Counted from the first letter of the stretch, positions 23,261 to 33,437 are shown. The stretch: DNA of 64,000 bases from Candidatus Poribacteria bacterium (GCA_965197475.1 CBDANF010000003.1:1344001-1408000), one strand, 5' to 3'. Numbers and translations: made by a program. The notes: generated by a model from the letters alone, not told the origin.

Positions 23261-24595
23261 ATGAAACATAAACGTTTTCACGCAGTTATCGCTTCAGTGT
23301 TAATTCACCTCATCTTTGCTGTAATCATTGGGCTGCTTTTTTCAGAACACTATTGGACATTTGATCAAGATGCAATAGATGTGAAATTTGTCAACTCCAA
23401 ACCAGCCAGGGAGACAACGCTGCGAACACATAAAACGGTATCGTTTCCCATAACCCAGAAGTCGGTGAACACGTTGCGAGTCCCACTTTCCCCAATCAGA
23501 CAACTGCCAAAAACCCACACCCCAATTGAAGAGACTATGACTACGCCGATGTACGACACGGATGTGCTAAATCCTATTGATGTGTCTGTTCCAAATCTAC
23601 AACCAAAAACATCCCAACGTGCTGTTAATACTGTTCAGGGGACTCCTATAGTTGTGCCGACTGTACCATCAGGTACAACGAAAATAAGATCGCGTCCTAC
23701 TGTTAGTATTAATCCAAAGCCAAACACCCCTACAACTGGGGGATTCGCTGAGTTTCTTGAAGGCACTTTACCTGAGGACAACTTAAAGGAAAACGTTAAT
23801 ACCACATTGCAAAATCCTGTTATGCTGCCACAAGGCGAATTGGGGGCAATCCTAAAAGGTTCAGATGACAATTTACGTGGTCATATTCGGATCATCCGAC
23901 TAAAACATTCACTTTCGGATTGGTGGCAAGACCCAACTGCAATCCCTGCACTCATCAAATGGATGGATGAAAATACCACAATCCGGGCAGATATGAGTTT
24001 TGCAGGAGGCGCATTAACCTTGACAGATCCGAGAATTTTAAACGCACCGCTCATTGTGATGACAGGCCACGACAAAGATATTACTGTTGGGCGCGGGCTC
24101 GCAAAAGATGGTCCTTTGCAGAACGGTTTCACACCTGAAGAGCGCGCTGCGCTTCGGAAATATATTGTTGATGAAGGGGGTATGCTCTTTTTCGACGACT
24201 GCGGTTTCCACGGTCTGTTCGCCCATATTGTTGCTGAGGAGTTGAATCAGATTTTTCCGGAGTATCCGCTTGAAATTCTACCGCATGAACATGAACTTTA
24301 TAGTATCCATTACCACTTGCCGAAACCACCCACGGGTGGTGATGTGTTCTGGGGAAACGAAAATAACGCACAGCCAACACAGTTCCGTTTTCAGAAAGGG
24401 ATTATTATTGACAATCGATTAGCGGTTGTTTACAATCGTAAGGATTATATGTGCACAATGGAGACTGCCGAAATTGAGAGCCGCACGATGCTAAGGCTTC
24501 GACGTTCTCCTGACGTTTTTCGGTTTATGACGAACTTGCTGATTTATGCACTGAAGTACGGTGGAAATACGGATAGAACAGGGTATAAGAAATAG
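23261..24595 (+). CDS. Membrane-anchored protein with Pro/Thr linker and DUF4159-like C-terminal domain
   Basis: N-terminal TM (SVLIH); DWWQDP, MTGH, ERAALRKYI..GGMLFFDDC. Confidence 0.7.
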   Translation: MKHKRFHAVIASVLIHLIFAVIIGLLFSEHYWTFDQDAIDVKFVNSKPARETTLRTHKTVSFPITQKSVNTLRVPLSPIRQLPKTHTPIEETMTTPMYDTDVLNPIDVSVPNLQPKTSQRAVNTVQGTPIVVPTVPSGTTKIRSRPTVSINPKPNTPTTGGFAEFLEGTLPEDNLKENVNTTLQNPVMLPQGELGAILKGSDDNLRGHIRIIRLKHSLSDWWQDPTAIPALIKWMDENTTIRADMSFAGGALTLTDPRILNAPLIVMTGHDKDITVGRGLAKDGPLQNGFTPEERAALRKYIVDEGGMLFFDDCGFHGLFAHIVAEELNQIFPEYPLEILPHEHELYSIHYHLPKPPTGGDVFWGNENNAQPTQFRFQKGIIIDNRLAVVYNRKDYMCTMETAEIESRTMLRLRRSPDVFRFMTNLLIYALKYGGNTDRTGYKK

Positions 24596-24646
24596 ATGTG
24601 TATTTGTCTGAACCAATGATTTTCGCGACCAGAAACACAGACCTTA

Positions 24647-24818
24647 TACCATATCTAATTGACAAATTATCATATTGATTTTCTGTGTATATCATCTATA
24701 GGTCAGGTAGAGTATACGAAACACGACATGTATACCCATATCCACTCATCCTTGTCGGGTTTGGCTTGCGCTCTACCCGACCTACGAAATAATGCGATAT
24801 AATCACATAGAAATGGTA
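24647..24818. mobile_element. ~170-bp TA-flanked MITE with REP-like core
   Basis: TIRs taccatatcta / tagaaatggta; core gcgctctacccgacctac. Confidence 0.6.
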
Positions 24819-24908
24819 TTACATTGAAAAAATATTCAAATTGGCAAACGAACGGATCAGACAATACACCGATCAAATCCGTTTGCCAGAATAAATTAAC
24901 TTCGGCTT

Positions 24909-27218
24909 TTATGTCAAAATTGTGTAAATCTTTCTTGCTTCCGTGTGAAAGTTAACAACCCACTTTGACTGAGATGACTTTACCCGTAATCCATCACATG
25001 TCACAGAAGCAGAAACAGGTTCAGAAGTTCGGATCCAACAATCTCTGCCGAGAGCAGAAAATACTCGAGCTTGTGTGAGTTTTCCATCTTTCCATTCTAT
25101 ATCCACTTCAAACCCGCCGCGAGCACGTAACCCTTTAACGTATCCAGTGTCCCATGCCTTTGGAAGTGCAGGAAGTAAGTGTATCTCGCCTGCATGGCTT
25201 TGTAGCAACATTTCAGCAATACCGGCAGTTCCGCCAAAATTACCGTCAATCTGGAAAGGCGGGTGCGTATCAAAAAGGTTTGTCAGGGTACATCTTGCGA
25301 GAAGCGTTTGGAGATGGTTGTATGCCTCTTCTCCTTCCTCAAGCCGCGCCAAGAAATTGATAAGCCATGCCCGACTCCATCCTGTGCCGCCGCCGCCGTG
25401 TGCTAAACGATGTTCCAACGATTTCTTTGCTGCCGCCGCCAACTCTGGCGTACCGCGTAATGTTATCTGACAACTCGGATGCAGCGCATACATGTGTGAC
25501 ATGTGCCGATGTCCCGGCTCCGGTTCATCGTAATCAAACACCCACTCTTGTAGTCGGCCTGTTTTCTCGCTAATCTGAAGTGGCGCGAGCAGTTCAAGCG
25601 CAGAAACCAATTCAGCACGGAAGTCGGCATCACCATCGAGAACATCAATACAAGCGAGGCAGTTTGTGAAGAGTTCATGGATAATCTCCAAGTCCATCGT
25701 TGCGGCATAAGTAAAGAGAGATCGTGTACCGTCAGATTTCAAGAAACTGTTTTCGGGTGAGTGAGACGGATTCGTGACAAGTTTACCAGCAACGGGTGTG
25801 CCTTCCGGTGCCTCAATGAGAAAATCAAGGACAAAACGGGTAGCACCTTTCATCAACGGATAGGCTTGTTCCTTAAGAAATTCCACATCACCACCGAAAA
25901 GGTAATGTTCCCATACATGCCCACACAACCATGCAGCACCCATCGGCGAGATACCCCAAATTCCATCAGCAGGCGTTGTGAATCCCCACACATCAGAGAG
26001 ATGATGGACAACCCAACCCTCAGCACTGTAATGCCGTTTTGCTGTCTGATTGCCAGGTTCAACAAGCGTGTCCATGTAATCAAAAAGCGGTTTATGACAC
26101 TCTGCAAGGTTGCAGATTTCGGGTACCCAGTAGTTCATTTGGAGATTGATATTGGTATGGAAATCGCTGTTCCATGGTGCCTTCATGTGTTCATTCCAGA
26201 TGCCTTGCAGATTTGCAGGTAGGCAACCCGGGCGTGAGCTGCCCATCAATAGATAGCGTCCGAACTGGAAGTAAAGCGCAACGAGTCCTGGATCTGACGC
26301 GCCTTCTTTTACCGCTGCCAAACGTTCATCGGTAGGTAAGTTCTCCGCATCAGTCGCGCCAAGGTCTAAATCAACCCATCTAAAGAGCGATTGATGTTCA
26401 GCAATGTGGTCCGCCCGAATCGCTACATAAGATTTTGTCTCAATACCCTTGAGATAATTTTCACAAAGTTCATGCGGGTTTCCACTCGCATCTGTCTGAT
26501 TGATATAACTTGTCGCACCAGCAAGGAGGAGTGTCACAGCATTCGCGTCGCGCACAGAGATTCGGTCACCTTCCGATTGGATCTTGCCGTTTTCAACCTG
26601 TACCTGTAGATATGCAGAAAAACGCATACCCCCATCGCTACACTGTCCGCTAAGTCTGAGTACACTATCGGAGATAGCTTCAACGGCGGCATCCTGCTCC
26701 CGTGTCATCGTCACATCAAAAGCGAGTTTTCCTGGTGTGTCACATTCAACGCTGATAACGATGAGATTGTCTACTGCTGTTGCGAATACCTCCCTGCTAA
26801 AATTGACACCTCCGCAGCAGTAGGTTGTTTTCGTGATTCCTGTGTCCAGATCAAGTTCTCTGCGATACTCGGTAACATCACCTTTATATGAGAATTCCAA
26901 GATGAGATCACCTAAAGATTGATACGATTTGACGCGAGATGGCACTCCCAGCATCGTTTCGCCTGCAAGTTTTGTCGCCTCGTCGTTTTTGTCTTCAAAA
27001 AGCAGTTGTTGCACTTTCGGGAGTGCTTCCAAAGCCTTTGGGTTGTTCGTGTCGCGAGGACCACCCTCCCAAAGCGTATCTTCGTTCAGTTGGATACGTT
27101 CACGTTCTACGCCGCCGAACACCATCGCACCGAGCCGTCCATTTCCAACGGGAAGTGCGTCTGTCCACTGTCCGGCTGGTTTGTTATACCATAAAACATA
27201 ATCATTTGTATTTTTCAT
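24909..27218 (-). CDS. GH95 alpha-1,2-L-fucosidase family glycoside hydrolase
   Basis: [54 protein letters not shown]. Confidence 0.93.
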   Translation of the reverse strand: MKNTNDYVLWYNKPAGQWTDALPVGNGRLGAMVFGGVERERIQLNEDTLWEGGPRDTNNPKALEALPKVQQLLFEDKNDEATKLAGETMLGVPSRVKSYQSLGDLILEFSYKGDVTEYRRELDLDTGITKTTYCCGGVNFSREVFATAVDNLIVISVECDTPGKLAFDVTMTREQDAAVEAISDSVLRLSGQCSDGGMRFSAYLQVQVENGKIQSEGDRISVRDANAVTLLLAGATSYINQTDASGNPHELCENYLKGIETKSYVAIRADHIAEHQSLFRWVDLDLGATDAENLPTDERLAAVKEGASDPGLVALYFQFGRYLLMGSSRPGCLPANLQGIWNEHMKAPWNSDFHTNINLQMNYWVPEICNLAECHKPLFDYMDTLVEPGNQTAKRHYSAEGWVVHHLSDVWGFTTPADGIWGISPMGAAWLCGHVWEHYLFGGDVEFLKEQAYPLMKGATRFVLDFLIEAPEGTPVAGKLVTNPSHSPENSFLKSDGTRSLFTYAATMDLEIIHELFTNCLACIDVLDGDADFRAELVSALELLAPLQISEKTGRLQEWVFDYDEPEPGHRHMSHMYALHPSCQITLRGTPELAAAAKKSLEHRLAHGGGGTGWSRAWLINFLARLEEGEEAYNHLQTLLARCTLTNLFDTHPPFQIDGNFGGTAGIAEMLLQSHAGEIHLLPALPKAWDTGYVKGLRARGGFEVDIEWKDGKLTQARVFSALGRDCWIRTSEPVSASVTCDGLRVKSSQSKWVVNFHTEARKIYTILT

Positions 27219-27265
27219 AATTATCCTCTGTTGCAAAAATTATGTAAAAAGATCCACTATAAGGA

Positions 27266-28645
27266 TCAAAACAGGTTATACAGATTAGATTTAAGTTGTA
27301 CATCCCAAGCACATCGGAACCCAATATTCGCCATAAAACTTGATAAATATAATGAAGTCAGGAAACTGGTGAGAATAGGTGTGCCGCCCCAACGTGCAGC
27401 AGTGTGGAAAGGTTCTGAAGAATTAAACAGCGGACCACCCCGTAATACACGATCAGTTTTATCGTCCCAGAAGTTGAATATTAATAAATCCAAATCCTTT
27501 TTCGTGTTTACACCAGCAACCGGATTCCGCAATGGTGAAGAAGCATAGAAATTCACATCATACGCATCAAGACACCACTCCCAGACGTTCCCTACCATGT
27601 CATGCAAACCGTAGTTGTTGGCTGGGTATTTCCCTATAGATATGGTACCACCAACACTCTGTTCACAATATGCCATGTTCGAATCCATAAAATTTCCCCA
27701 TGGATATTTTTGTCCAGTTAAGGCTCCGCGCGCTGCTTTCTCCCACTCAGCTTCTGTTGGCAAACGTTTACCGACCCATTTAGCATACACCATCGCCGCA
27801 TACCAACTTATGTGCGTTACAGGGTGGTCATCCTCCCCAATCGGAAAGTTGTTTCCATCCCAATGCTTTAGATAGTCTCCATCGTGATACTTGCTAGGAA
27901 TAGATAGCAGCATCTTTTTTGTCCTATTCCGCTCATTCCTTTTTAATGGCTTGCGCCATTGTAGGTTGGCATCAATGAACACTTTATATTGTGCGTTTGT
28001 CACTGGATATTTATCCATATAGAACGCATCAATATAGACTTTATGCACAGGCTTTTCGCGGTCATTTGCTTTTTCGTTATTGCTTCCCATTTGGAACTCC
28101 TCTGCGGGGATGAGCATCATATCCTCTGGCACTGAGGCACTTAAAGGTGTCCGCTCGGATGTAGCAAATTCCTCTGGTTCGGGAGTAGCAAATTCCTCTT
28201 GCGAGATAGAATCAATAGGTTGCAATATTTCAGTCTGTAATGTCGCGATGTGTTCAACCCGTTTTTGTGGATCTTTTAGAATATCCCGAGATTGATTTAA
28301 AACAGTCCGCCACTGTTCTTGTGTCCTACCGTCAGGGCGAGGGAGTCCACCCGCACGTAACGATTCACCATAGAGTTTTTCATGTGCCTCACCAACTTGA
28401 GTCGTGATCTTATCTTCACTTTGGTCCTGAAGTTCGTTGATGGAAAGTCCCAGAACTTCAAAATAGTTTGTCCTCTCACCGACAATTAATCCTGATGCTT
28501 GCAGAATTGCATCCGCTTCATCTATAGCAAGACCATACTGCTGTACTGCTTGCTGAAGGAGTCCTTTGCGCTGCTCAGGCGTAATTGACTGAGAAGCAGC
28601 TCTAAAGATGTTGATTGCTGTTATGAATTCTTCGCGTTTAGACAT
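27266..28645 (-). CDS. J-domain-like + FGE/SUMF1 (C-type lectin fold) protein, paralog 2
   Basis: RLPTEAEWEKAARG, GLHDMVGNVWEW, RVLRGG, NIGFRC. Confidence 0.88.
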   Translation of the reverse strand: MSKREEFITAINIFRAASQSITPEQRKGLLQQAVQQYGLAIDEADAILQASGLIVGERTNYFEVLGLSINELQDQSEDKITTQVGEAHEKLYGESLRAGGLPRPDGRTQEQWRTVLNQSRDILKDPQKRVEHIATLQTEILQPIDSISQEEFATPEPEEFATSERTPLSASVPEDMMLIPAEEFQMGSNNEKANDREKPVHKVYIDAFYMDKYPVTNAQYKVFIDANLQWRKPLKRNERNRTKKMLLSIPSKYHDGDYLKHWDGNNFPIGEDDHPVTHISWYAAMVYAKWVGKRLPTEAEWEKAARGALTGQKYPWGNFMDSNMAYCEQSVGGTISIGKYPANNYGLHDMVGNVWEWCLDAYDVNFYASSPLRNPVAGVNTKKDLDLLIFNFWDDKTDRVLRGGPLFNSSEPFHTAARWGGTPILTSFLTSLYLSSFMANIGFRCAWDVQLKSNLYNLF

Positions 28646-28691
28646 GTAATAGTTTGCCTTTATGAAATATCCCAATGAGGACTATAACAGA

Positions 28692-30041
28692 TTATAATGA
28701 TTTAGATTTAAGCCCTACATTCCAAGCGCATCGAAACCCGATGTTCGCAGCGAATCTTGTTGAACGTGAAATCATGAATTTTGTTGAATATACTACTTTT
28801 GTGAGAAGAGGTGAACGCCCACGACGTATAGCAATCTGGATGGGTTCTGATGAAGTAAACAGCGAACCACCCCGTAATACGCGATCAGTTGAAATGTCCA
28901 GGAAGTTGGATAGTAATAAATCTAACTCCTTTTTTGTGCTTACACCAGCAACTGGATTTTTAACAGGTTCAGAAGAATAGAAATTCGGAACATACTCATC
29001 AAGACACCACTCCCACACGTTGCCTACTATATCCTGCAAACCGTAGTTGTTTGCAGGATATTTTCCGACAGAAGTTGTCTCACCTACATTTTTTCCACAA
29101 TATACCATATTTGAATCCATGGTATTTCCCCATGGGTATTTTTGGCCTGTTAATCCGCCGCGTCCCGCCTTTTCCCATTCCGCCTCTGTCGGTAAACGCT
29201 TGCCTGCCCATTGTGAGTATGCCATCGCCGCATACCAGCTGACATGGGTCACAGGATGATCTGCTTTTCCAATCGGAAAGTTGTTCCCATCCCAATGTTT
29301 TAGATAGTCTCCATCGTGATACTTGCTAAGAATAGATAGCAGCATCTTTTTTGTCCTATTCCGCTCATTCCTTTTTAATGGCTTGCGCCATTGTGGGTTG
29401 GCATCAATGAACACTTTATATTGTGCGTTTGTCACTGGATATTTATCCATATAGAACGCGTCAACATAGACTTTATGTGCAAGCTTTTTCCTTTTGCTAT
29501 TGTTTCCTATCTGGAACTCGCCTGCTGGGATGGGCAACATATCTTCAGGGATTGAGATTTTTAAAGATGTACTTTCAGGTGTGCGGAATTCCTGTCGTGA
29601 GGTAGGATCAACAAGTTGCGATATTTCAGTCTGTAACGTTTCAATGTGTTCACTTCGTTTTTGTGGGTCTTTTAGCGTATCACGTGCTTGATTCAAAACA
29701 GTTCGCCACTGTTCTCGCGTCCTACCGTCAGGGCGAGGAAGTCCACCGGCCCGTAAAGATTCAGTATAGTATTTATTATGTGCAACATCAACCTGAGTAG
29801 CAATGGTAGCCTCACTTTGGTTTTGGAGATCTTCTACGGAAAACTCTAACACCTCAAAATAGTTCACCCTCTCACCGACAATTAATCCTGATGCATTCAG
29901 GATTTCAGATGCCTCATCAACGGAAAGACCATGTCCCTGTACCGCCTGCTGGAGTAGTCCTTTGCGCTGTTCATCGGTAATCGTCTGCGAAAGTGTTTTG
30001 AGCGTATTGATGACTGTAATAAATTCTTCGCGTTTAGACAT
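28692..30041 (-). CDS. J-domain-like + FGE/SUMF1 protein, paralog 1
   Basis: Same motifs; tandem duplicate of 27266-28645. Confidence 0.88.
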   Translation of the reverse strand: MSKREEFITVINTLKTLSQTITDEQRKGLLQQAVQGHGLSVDEASEILNASGLIVGERVNYFEVLEFSVEDLQNQSEATIATQVDVAHNKYYTESLRAGGLPRPDGRTREQWRTVLNQARDTLKDPQKRSEHIETLQTEISQLVDPTSRQEFRTPESTSLKISIPEDMLPIPAGEFQIGNNSKRKKLAHKVYVDAFYMDKYPVTNAQYKVFIDANPQWRKPLKRNERNRTKKMLLSILSKYHDGDYLKHWDGNNFPIGKADHPVTHVSWYAAMAYSQWAGKRLPTEAEWEKAGRGGLTGQKYPWGNTMDSNMVYCGKNVGETTSVGKYPANNYGLQDIVGNVWEWCLDEYVPNFYSSEPVKNPVAGVSTKKELDLLLSNFLDISTDRVLRGGSLFTSSEPIQIAIRRGRSPLLTKVVYSTKFMISRSTRFAANIGFRCAWNVGLKSKSL

Positions 30042-30375
30042 GTGTTAAATCTGTTTTATGTTCAAGGGCGAATTTCTGAGTTTTTGTTGATTACAACGTA
30101 GCGGATTCTACAAGTGTTGACTCGCGAATTTTTCTCGTTTGAACTCGTAACGATCAGATATTGACTCTACTAATTTTACAAACCAATCGAGACAAAAGGA
30201 ATAATGATTACTTCTTGAATCAAGATGCTGCATTTGAAGCGAAACATCCGCTGACACAACCCGATACTTCGCTGCAAACTCTAAACAAGCGTTAACTCTA
30301 TATGACGAAAAACATGAAACTAAATAACCCTACATTTCAAATTTCTATGTACAAATCTTCTGTCCTTACTTGCAT

Positions 30376-30978
30376 CTACTGTGTGTTATTTTTGATATAT
30401 TTCCACCCATCAATAAGCACAGGAAATCCCCGAATAAGGCAGATTGCAACAGCAATAGTCGCAATTATGATGGATGCAGTTGAAAAGATATTGAAGATGG
30501 ATGTATCTGGATGCGTGTCCTTAAGGACAGACACAGTGGCGAGGAAGATAAAAGCAAGTGCCTTAGATAAACCGGAAAAAAATCGGGAAATGCGGGAACT
30601 TGTCAACGCACGCGTCCAAGGGATGGACATCATTTCAAAAGGTGTTTTTCCATCTGTAAGTGCGATGCTCCGGACACCATCGGTTAGAAGTCCGCGTGTC
30701 ACCACAGCAATGGGCATCCAAAGGTGAACGAGATCGTTTACTGCGAAGTAAATCCAGAAGACATTTTCAATAATCCTGTCAGCAGCAATATCAAAGACCG
30801 CACCGAATGTGGAGGTCTGGTCGCGTTTGCGAGCAACGAAACCGTCTACTGCATCAAGTAAAAAAATAAGTGCAATAGTTGCAATGCACGCAATATTTAT
30901 GTAGGTATGTTGCCCGAAGATAGCAATGACAATGAAAGTAAAAAAAAGACGATAAAGCGTTATTACGTTTGCTGTCAT
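30376..30978 (-). CDS. CDP-alcohol phosphatidyltransferase family
   Basis: ANVITLYR, DAVDGFVAR...STFGAVFDIAADR. Confidence 0.92.
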   Translation of the reverse strand: MTANVITLYRLFFTFIVIAIFGQHTYINIACIATIALIFLLDAVDGFVARKRDQTSTFGAVFDIAADRIIENVFWIYFAVNDLVHLWMPIAVVTRGLLTDGVRSIALTDGKTPFEMMSIPWTRALTSSRISRFFSGLSKALAFIFLATVSVLKDTHPDTSIFNIFSTASIIIATIAVAICLIRGFPVLIDGWKYIKNNTQ

Positions 30979-31111
30979 GTTGGCTTATTCTCCTGATTCT
31001 GTTTCAGGCGTAGGTCATATTACGGGCATTTTAGCAGAATCCGTTTTGAATATCAAGACATTTTGCAGAGATGTATGCGTAAAGTTTTGGTAAAGGTTGT
31101 CCACCTCTTAT

Positions 31112-31219
31112 TGTAGGGGCGGGTCCCTGTGCCCCCCGTAGTTTAGATACATCAGACGCGGTCAAATCAACGCTCCATGCGCGTATGGTATTCGGCGAGG
31201 GACAGAGACCTGCCCTTCA
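31112..31219. repeat. GTAG-type REP-like doublet
   Basis: gtaggggcgggtccctgtgcccccc ... gggacagagacctgcccttc; similar to the 11100 core. Confidence 0.5.
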
Positions 31220-31287
31220 GTAGAAAAACTCTAACGCATTCTTTGTAAATTGGAGTTATGCGACAAAATATACACACCCTAAAGCAG

Positions 31288-31522
31288 CAGGGCTATTTAG
31301 TTTTCGGTTTTTCTTATGATATTTATCACAAATGTTAATATTTTATGATAAGCAGAAGTAGCGTGATTTTTTACGCTACTTCTGCTATACTTCACCTTAA
31401 AAATCTTCCCTTTTTTGAGGTGAACCATGACAAGAAAATCTTCTTGCCACTCGATGGATATGTTAGCAGAAGTTCAAGACCTACGCAACAATAAAGGCAA
31501 ACGACACAGGGTTATTTAGTTT
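31288..31522 (+). mobile_element. ISAs1-like left end and transposase 5' remnant, followed by a second ISAs1-like end
   Basis: CAGGG(C/T)TATTTAGTTT at 31288 and 31507; ORF from 31427 MTRK...AEVQDLRNNKGKRH resembles the ISAs1 N-terminus. Confidence 0.6.
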
Positions 31523-31639
31523 CGGAATAAGTAGTTTTGGACATAAGAAAAACAGCATAAAATCAGACATAGACTGACATCGTAAGGGCTTCCTGACGAG
31601 GAAGATAATTGTTAGACCATTTCTTTTGATGGGAATTGG

Positions 31640-31762
31640 TTATAGATTGTGTTTAATCTTAAGTAGATAATTTTCAATAATCATCATAATTAAACGCGAT
31701 TCTATCACGTTTTGTCCTGCTTTTATTTCGTTGAGCAGGAACTGATTATTTTGGTTATACAT
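31640..31762 (-). CDS. Small 40-aa ORF inside IS1595
   Basis: AAGGAGGTGA SD, then ATG: MYNQNNQFLLNEIKAGQNVIESRLIMMIIENYLLKIKHNL. Confidence 0.5.
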   Translation of the reverse strand: MYNQNNQFLLNEIKAGQNVIESRLIMMIIENYLLKIKHNL

Positions 31763-31801
31763 AACTATCACCTCCTTTTATTTGAGTTAAAAGAGGTGGT
31801 C

Positions 31802-31863
31802 TAACAATCGCTTAACAATCGCTTAACAATCGCTTAACAATCGCTTAACAATCGCTTAACAAT
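31802..31863. repeat. 11-bp tandem repeat (TAACAATCGCT)x5 plus partial
   Basis: Read directly from the sequence. Confidence 0.95.
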
Positions 31864-31938
31864 TAAAGCATTAAAAAGGAAGTTAATCAAGAAAAAGTAG
31901 AAAAGTGCTGTAAATGTAGATGGTTATTGACTTTTTCC

Positions 31939-31967
31939 TTGATTTAAATGGTAAGAAATGGTATAAT
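31939..31967 (+). promoter_or_regulatory. Putative transposase promoter
   Basis: TTGATT-N17-TATAAT with extended -10 TG. Confidence 0.6.
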
Positions 31968-31974
31968 ATAGGCA

Positions 31975-32091
31975 AGAAAATAGGGGGCGGACACCCCCTA
32001 TTGAACCGAAAAAGCGGAGTTGCTTTTTCTAAGTTCTATCTTATCTATATCATATTAAGATAGTATAGCACAATCTTTCAGAATAAAGCAA
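31975..32091 (-). ncRNA. Predicted ~80-nt antisense RNA to the transposase leader (coordinates include its promoter)
   Basis: Minus-strand TTGCTT-N18-(TGc)TATACT at 32091-32062; hairpin AATAGGGGG..CCCCCTATT followed by TTC at 32002-31975. Confidence 0.4.
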
Positions 32092-32118
32092 CTCCTTTTG
32101 ACATATAGGAGTATTCTG

Positions 32119-33000
32119 ATGGATTTAATCAAGGTTATGGAGAGATTCCCAGACCAGTCATCCTGTATTGAGTATCTTGAGAAGATACGATGGAAAGGTA
32201 AGCCTCATTGCTCACATTGTGGGATTACCGATGTTTTCAGGCGTAATGAGACGGCAACTGGTCGGATTGGTCGTTGGAATTGTAATGGTTGTAAGGCAAC
32301 CTTCAAGGTTACTCAAGGCACAGTGTTTCACGGGGCTAAGATCGCACTTCAAAAGTGGTTTCTGGCTATTTCACTAATGGGAAACGCAAAGAAGAGCTTG
32401 TCCAGTTATCAGTTGAGTCGTGATTTAGACCTGAATCAGAAGACGGCTTGGTTTATGATGCAACGCATTCGTGCTGAAATGGCTACTAAAGGTCAAACTC
32501 TGCTGAAGGGTATTATTGAGGCAGATGAGACTTATATAGGAGGCAAACCTCGGAAAAAGAACAAGCGCGAGGACGATGAACCCGCCAAAAGAGGAAGGGG
32601 AACATCAAAATCCGCTATTCTTGGCGCAGTTGAGCGTGGAGGTAAGGTAGTAGCTAAACTTGCTGATGATTTAACGGGAAGGGGTATCCTGGCGTTTATT
32701 CGGGATGCTGTCAAAATAGATGAATCCGAACTGATAACCGATGAATATGCTGCTTACAATGAGATCGGAAAGCAGATAAAACATCGGGTTATCAATCACA
32801 AAGAACAGTTCGCTGATGGGGATACCCACACGAACACTATTGAAGGTTTTTGGGCGTTGTTGAAACGCGCATGGTATGGACAGCATCACCACTACTCTAC
32901 TGGGTATATCCCGCTATATGTGGCTGAGGCTTGCTATAAATATAACTACCGGAATGTGGATAGCATATTCTGGAAATTTGTTAATGAAAGTATGAGGTGA
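32119..33000 (+). CDS. IS1595-family transposase
   Basis: CIEYLEKIRW..PHCSHC, F....GTVFH..KI.L.KWF, IEADETYIGG, LITDEY, HTNTIEGFWALLKR. Confidence 0.95.
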   Translation: MDLIKVMERFPDQSSCIEYLEKIRWKGKPHCSHCGITDVFRRNETATGRIGRWNCNGCKATFKVTQGTVFHGAKIALQKWFLAISLMGNAKKSLSSYQLSRDLDLNQKTAWFMMQRIRAEMATKGQTLLKGIIEADETYIGGKPRKKNKREDDEPAKRGRGTSKSAILGAVERGGKVVAKLADDLTGRGILAFIRDAVKIDESELITDEYAAYNEIGKQIKHRVINHKEQFADGDTHTNTIEGFWALLKRAWYGQHHHYSTGYIPLYVAEACYKYNYRNVDSIFWKFVNESMR

Positions 33001-33004
33001 AAAA

Positions 33005-33145
33005 ATGACTAAAGAAAAACAAGTCTGCCAAGAATGTGGAAACAAAAAGGCCCGCCTACCTGTAAAAAAAACAGATGGTAGACCTATTGAACCAATTAAA
33101 GCAATATGGAATGGAAGATTTAGGGAATATATCCGAAAAAATTAA
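33005..33145 (+). CDS. Small basic 46-aa passenger ORF with CxxC
   Basis: GAGGTGA SD overlaps the transposase stop; MTKEKQVCQECGNKK... Confidence 0.45.
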   Translation: MTKEKQVCQECGNKKARLPVKKTDGRPIEPIKAIWNGRFREYIRKN

Positions 33146-33426
33146 GTGTTCGTCCGAGCAACCCTAATCATATCGTCTAAAGTTTCTATTGATACTTTTA
33201 AATCTGAGATGATATTTTGTATATCAGTTTGGAGATTTGGTGGAATTGCACCGCTTTCAACGATCAAACAGCATTTACAAAGTGGTCGAATCTGTAAGGC
33301 ACGGACATCTTTGGGGTTAATTTCTAATGCTGTTTCTACATAAGCGAGGGCATCAACAAAATTACCTGTTCTGAATTCATTGAGGCTAAGTCGGATTAAC
33401 TCAGCTGCTTGTCTGGTGGATTTCAT
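33142..33426 (-). CDS. Passenger protein with a TPR-like motif
   Basis: GNFVDALAYVETALEINPKD; ATG at 33426. Confidence 0.6.
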   Translation of the reverse strand: MKSTRQAAELIRLSLNEFRTGNFVDALAYVETALEINPKDVRALQIRPLCKCCLIVESGAIPPNLQTDIQNIISDLKVSIETLDDMIRVARTNT

Positions 33427-33437
33427 GGTTTTCTTCC

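Noticed and set aside
31608-31808. Retron msr-msd (terminal inverted repeats around ~200 nt)
   Set aside because: No reverse transcriptase in the element or window
31802-31863. CRISPR array
   Set aside because: Head-to-tail 11-bp units with no spacers and no cas genes
27266-32100. Complete diversity-generating retroelement
   Set aside because: FGE-type proteins are present, but no reverse transcriptase and no template repeat could be found in adjacent intergenic DNA; paralog differences include indels
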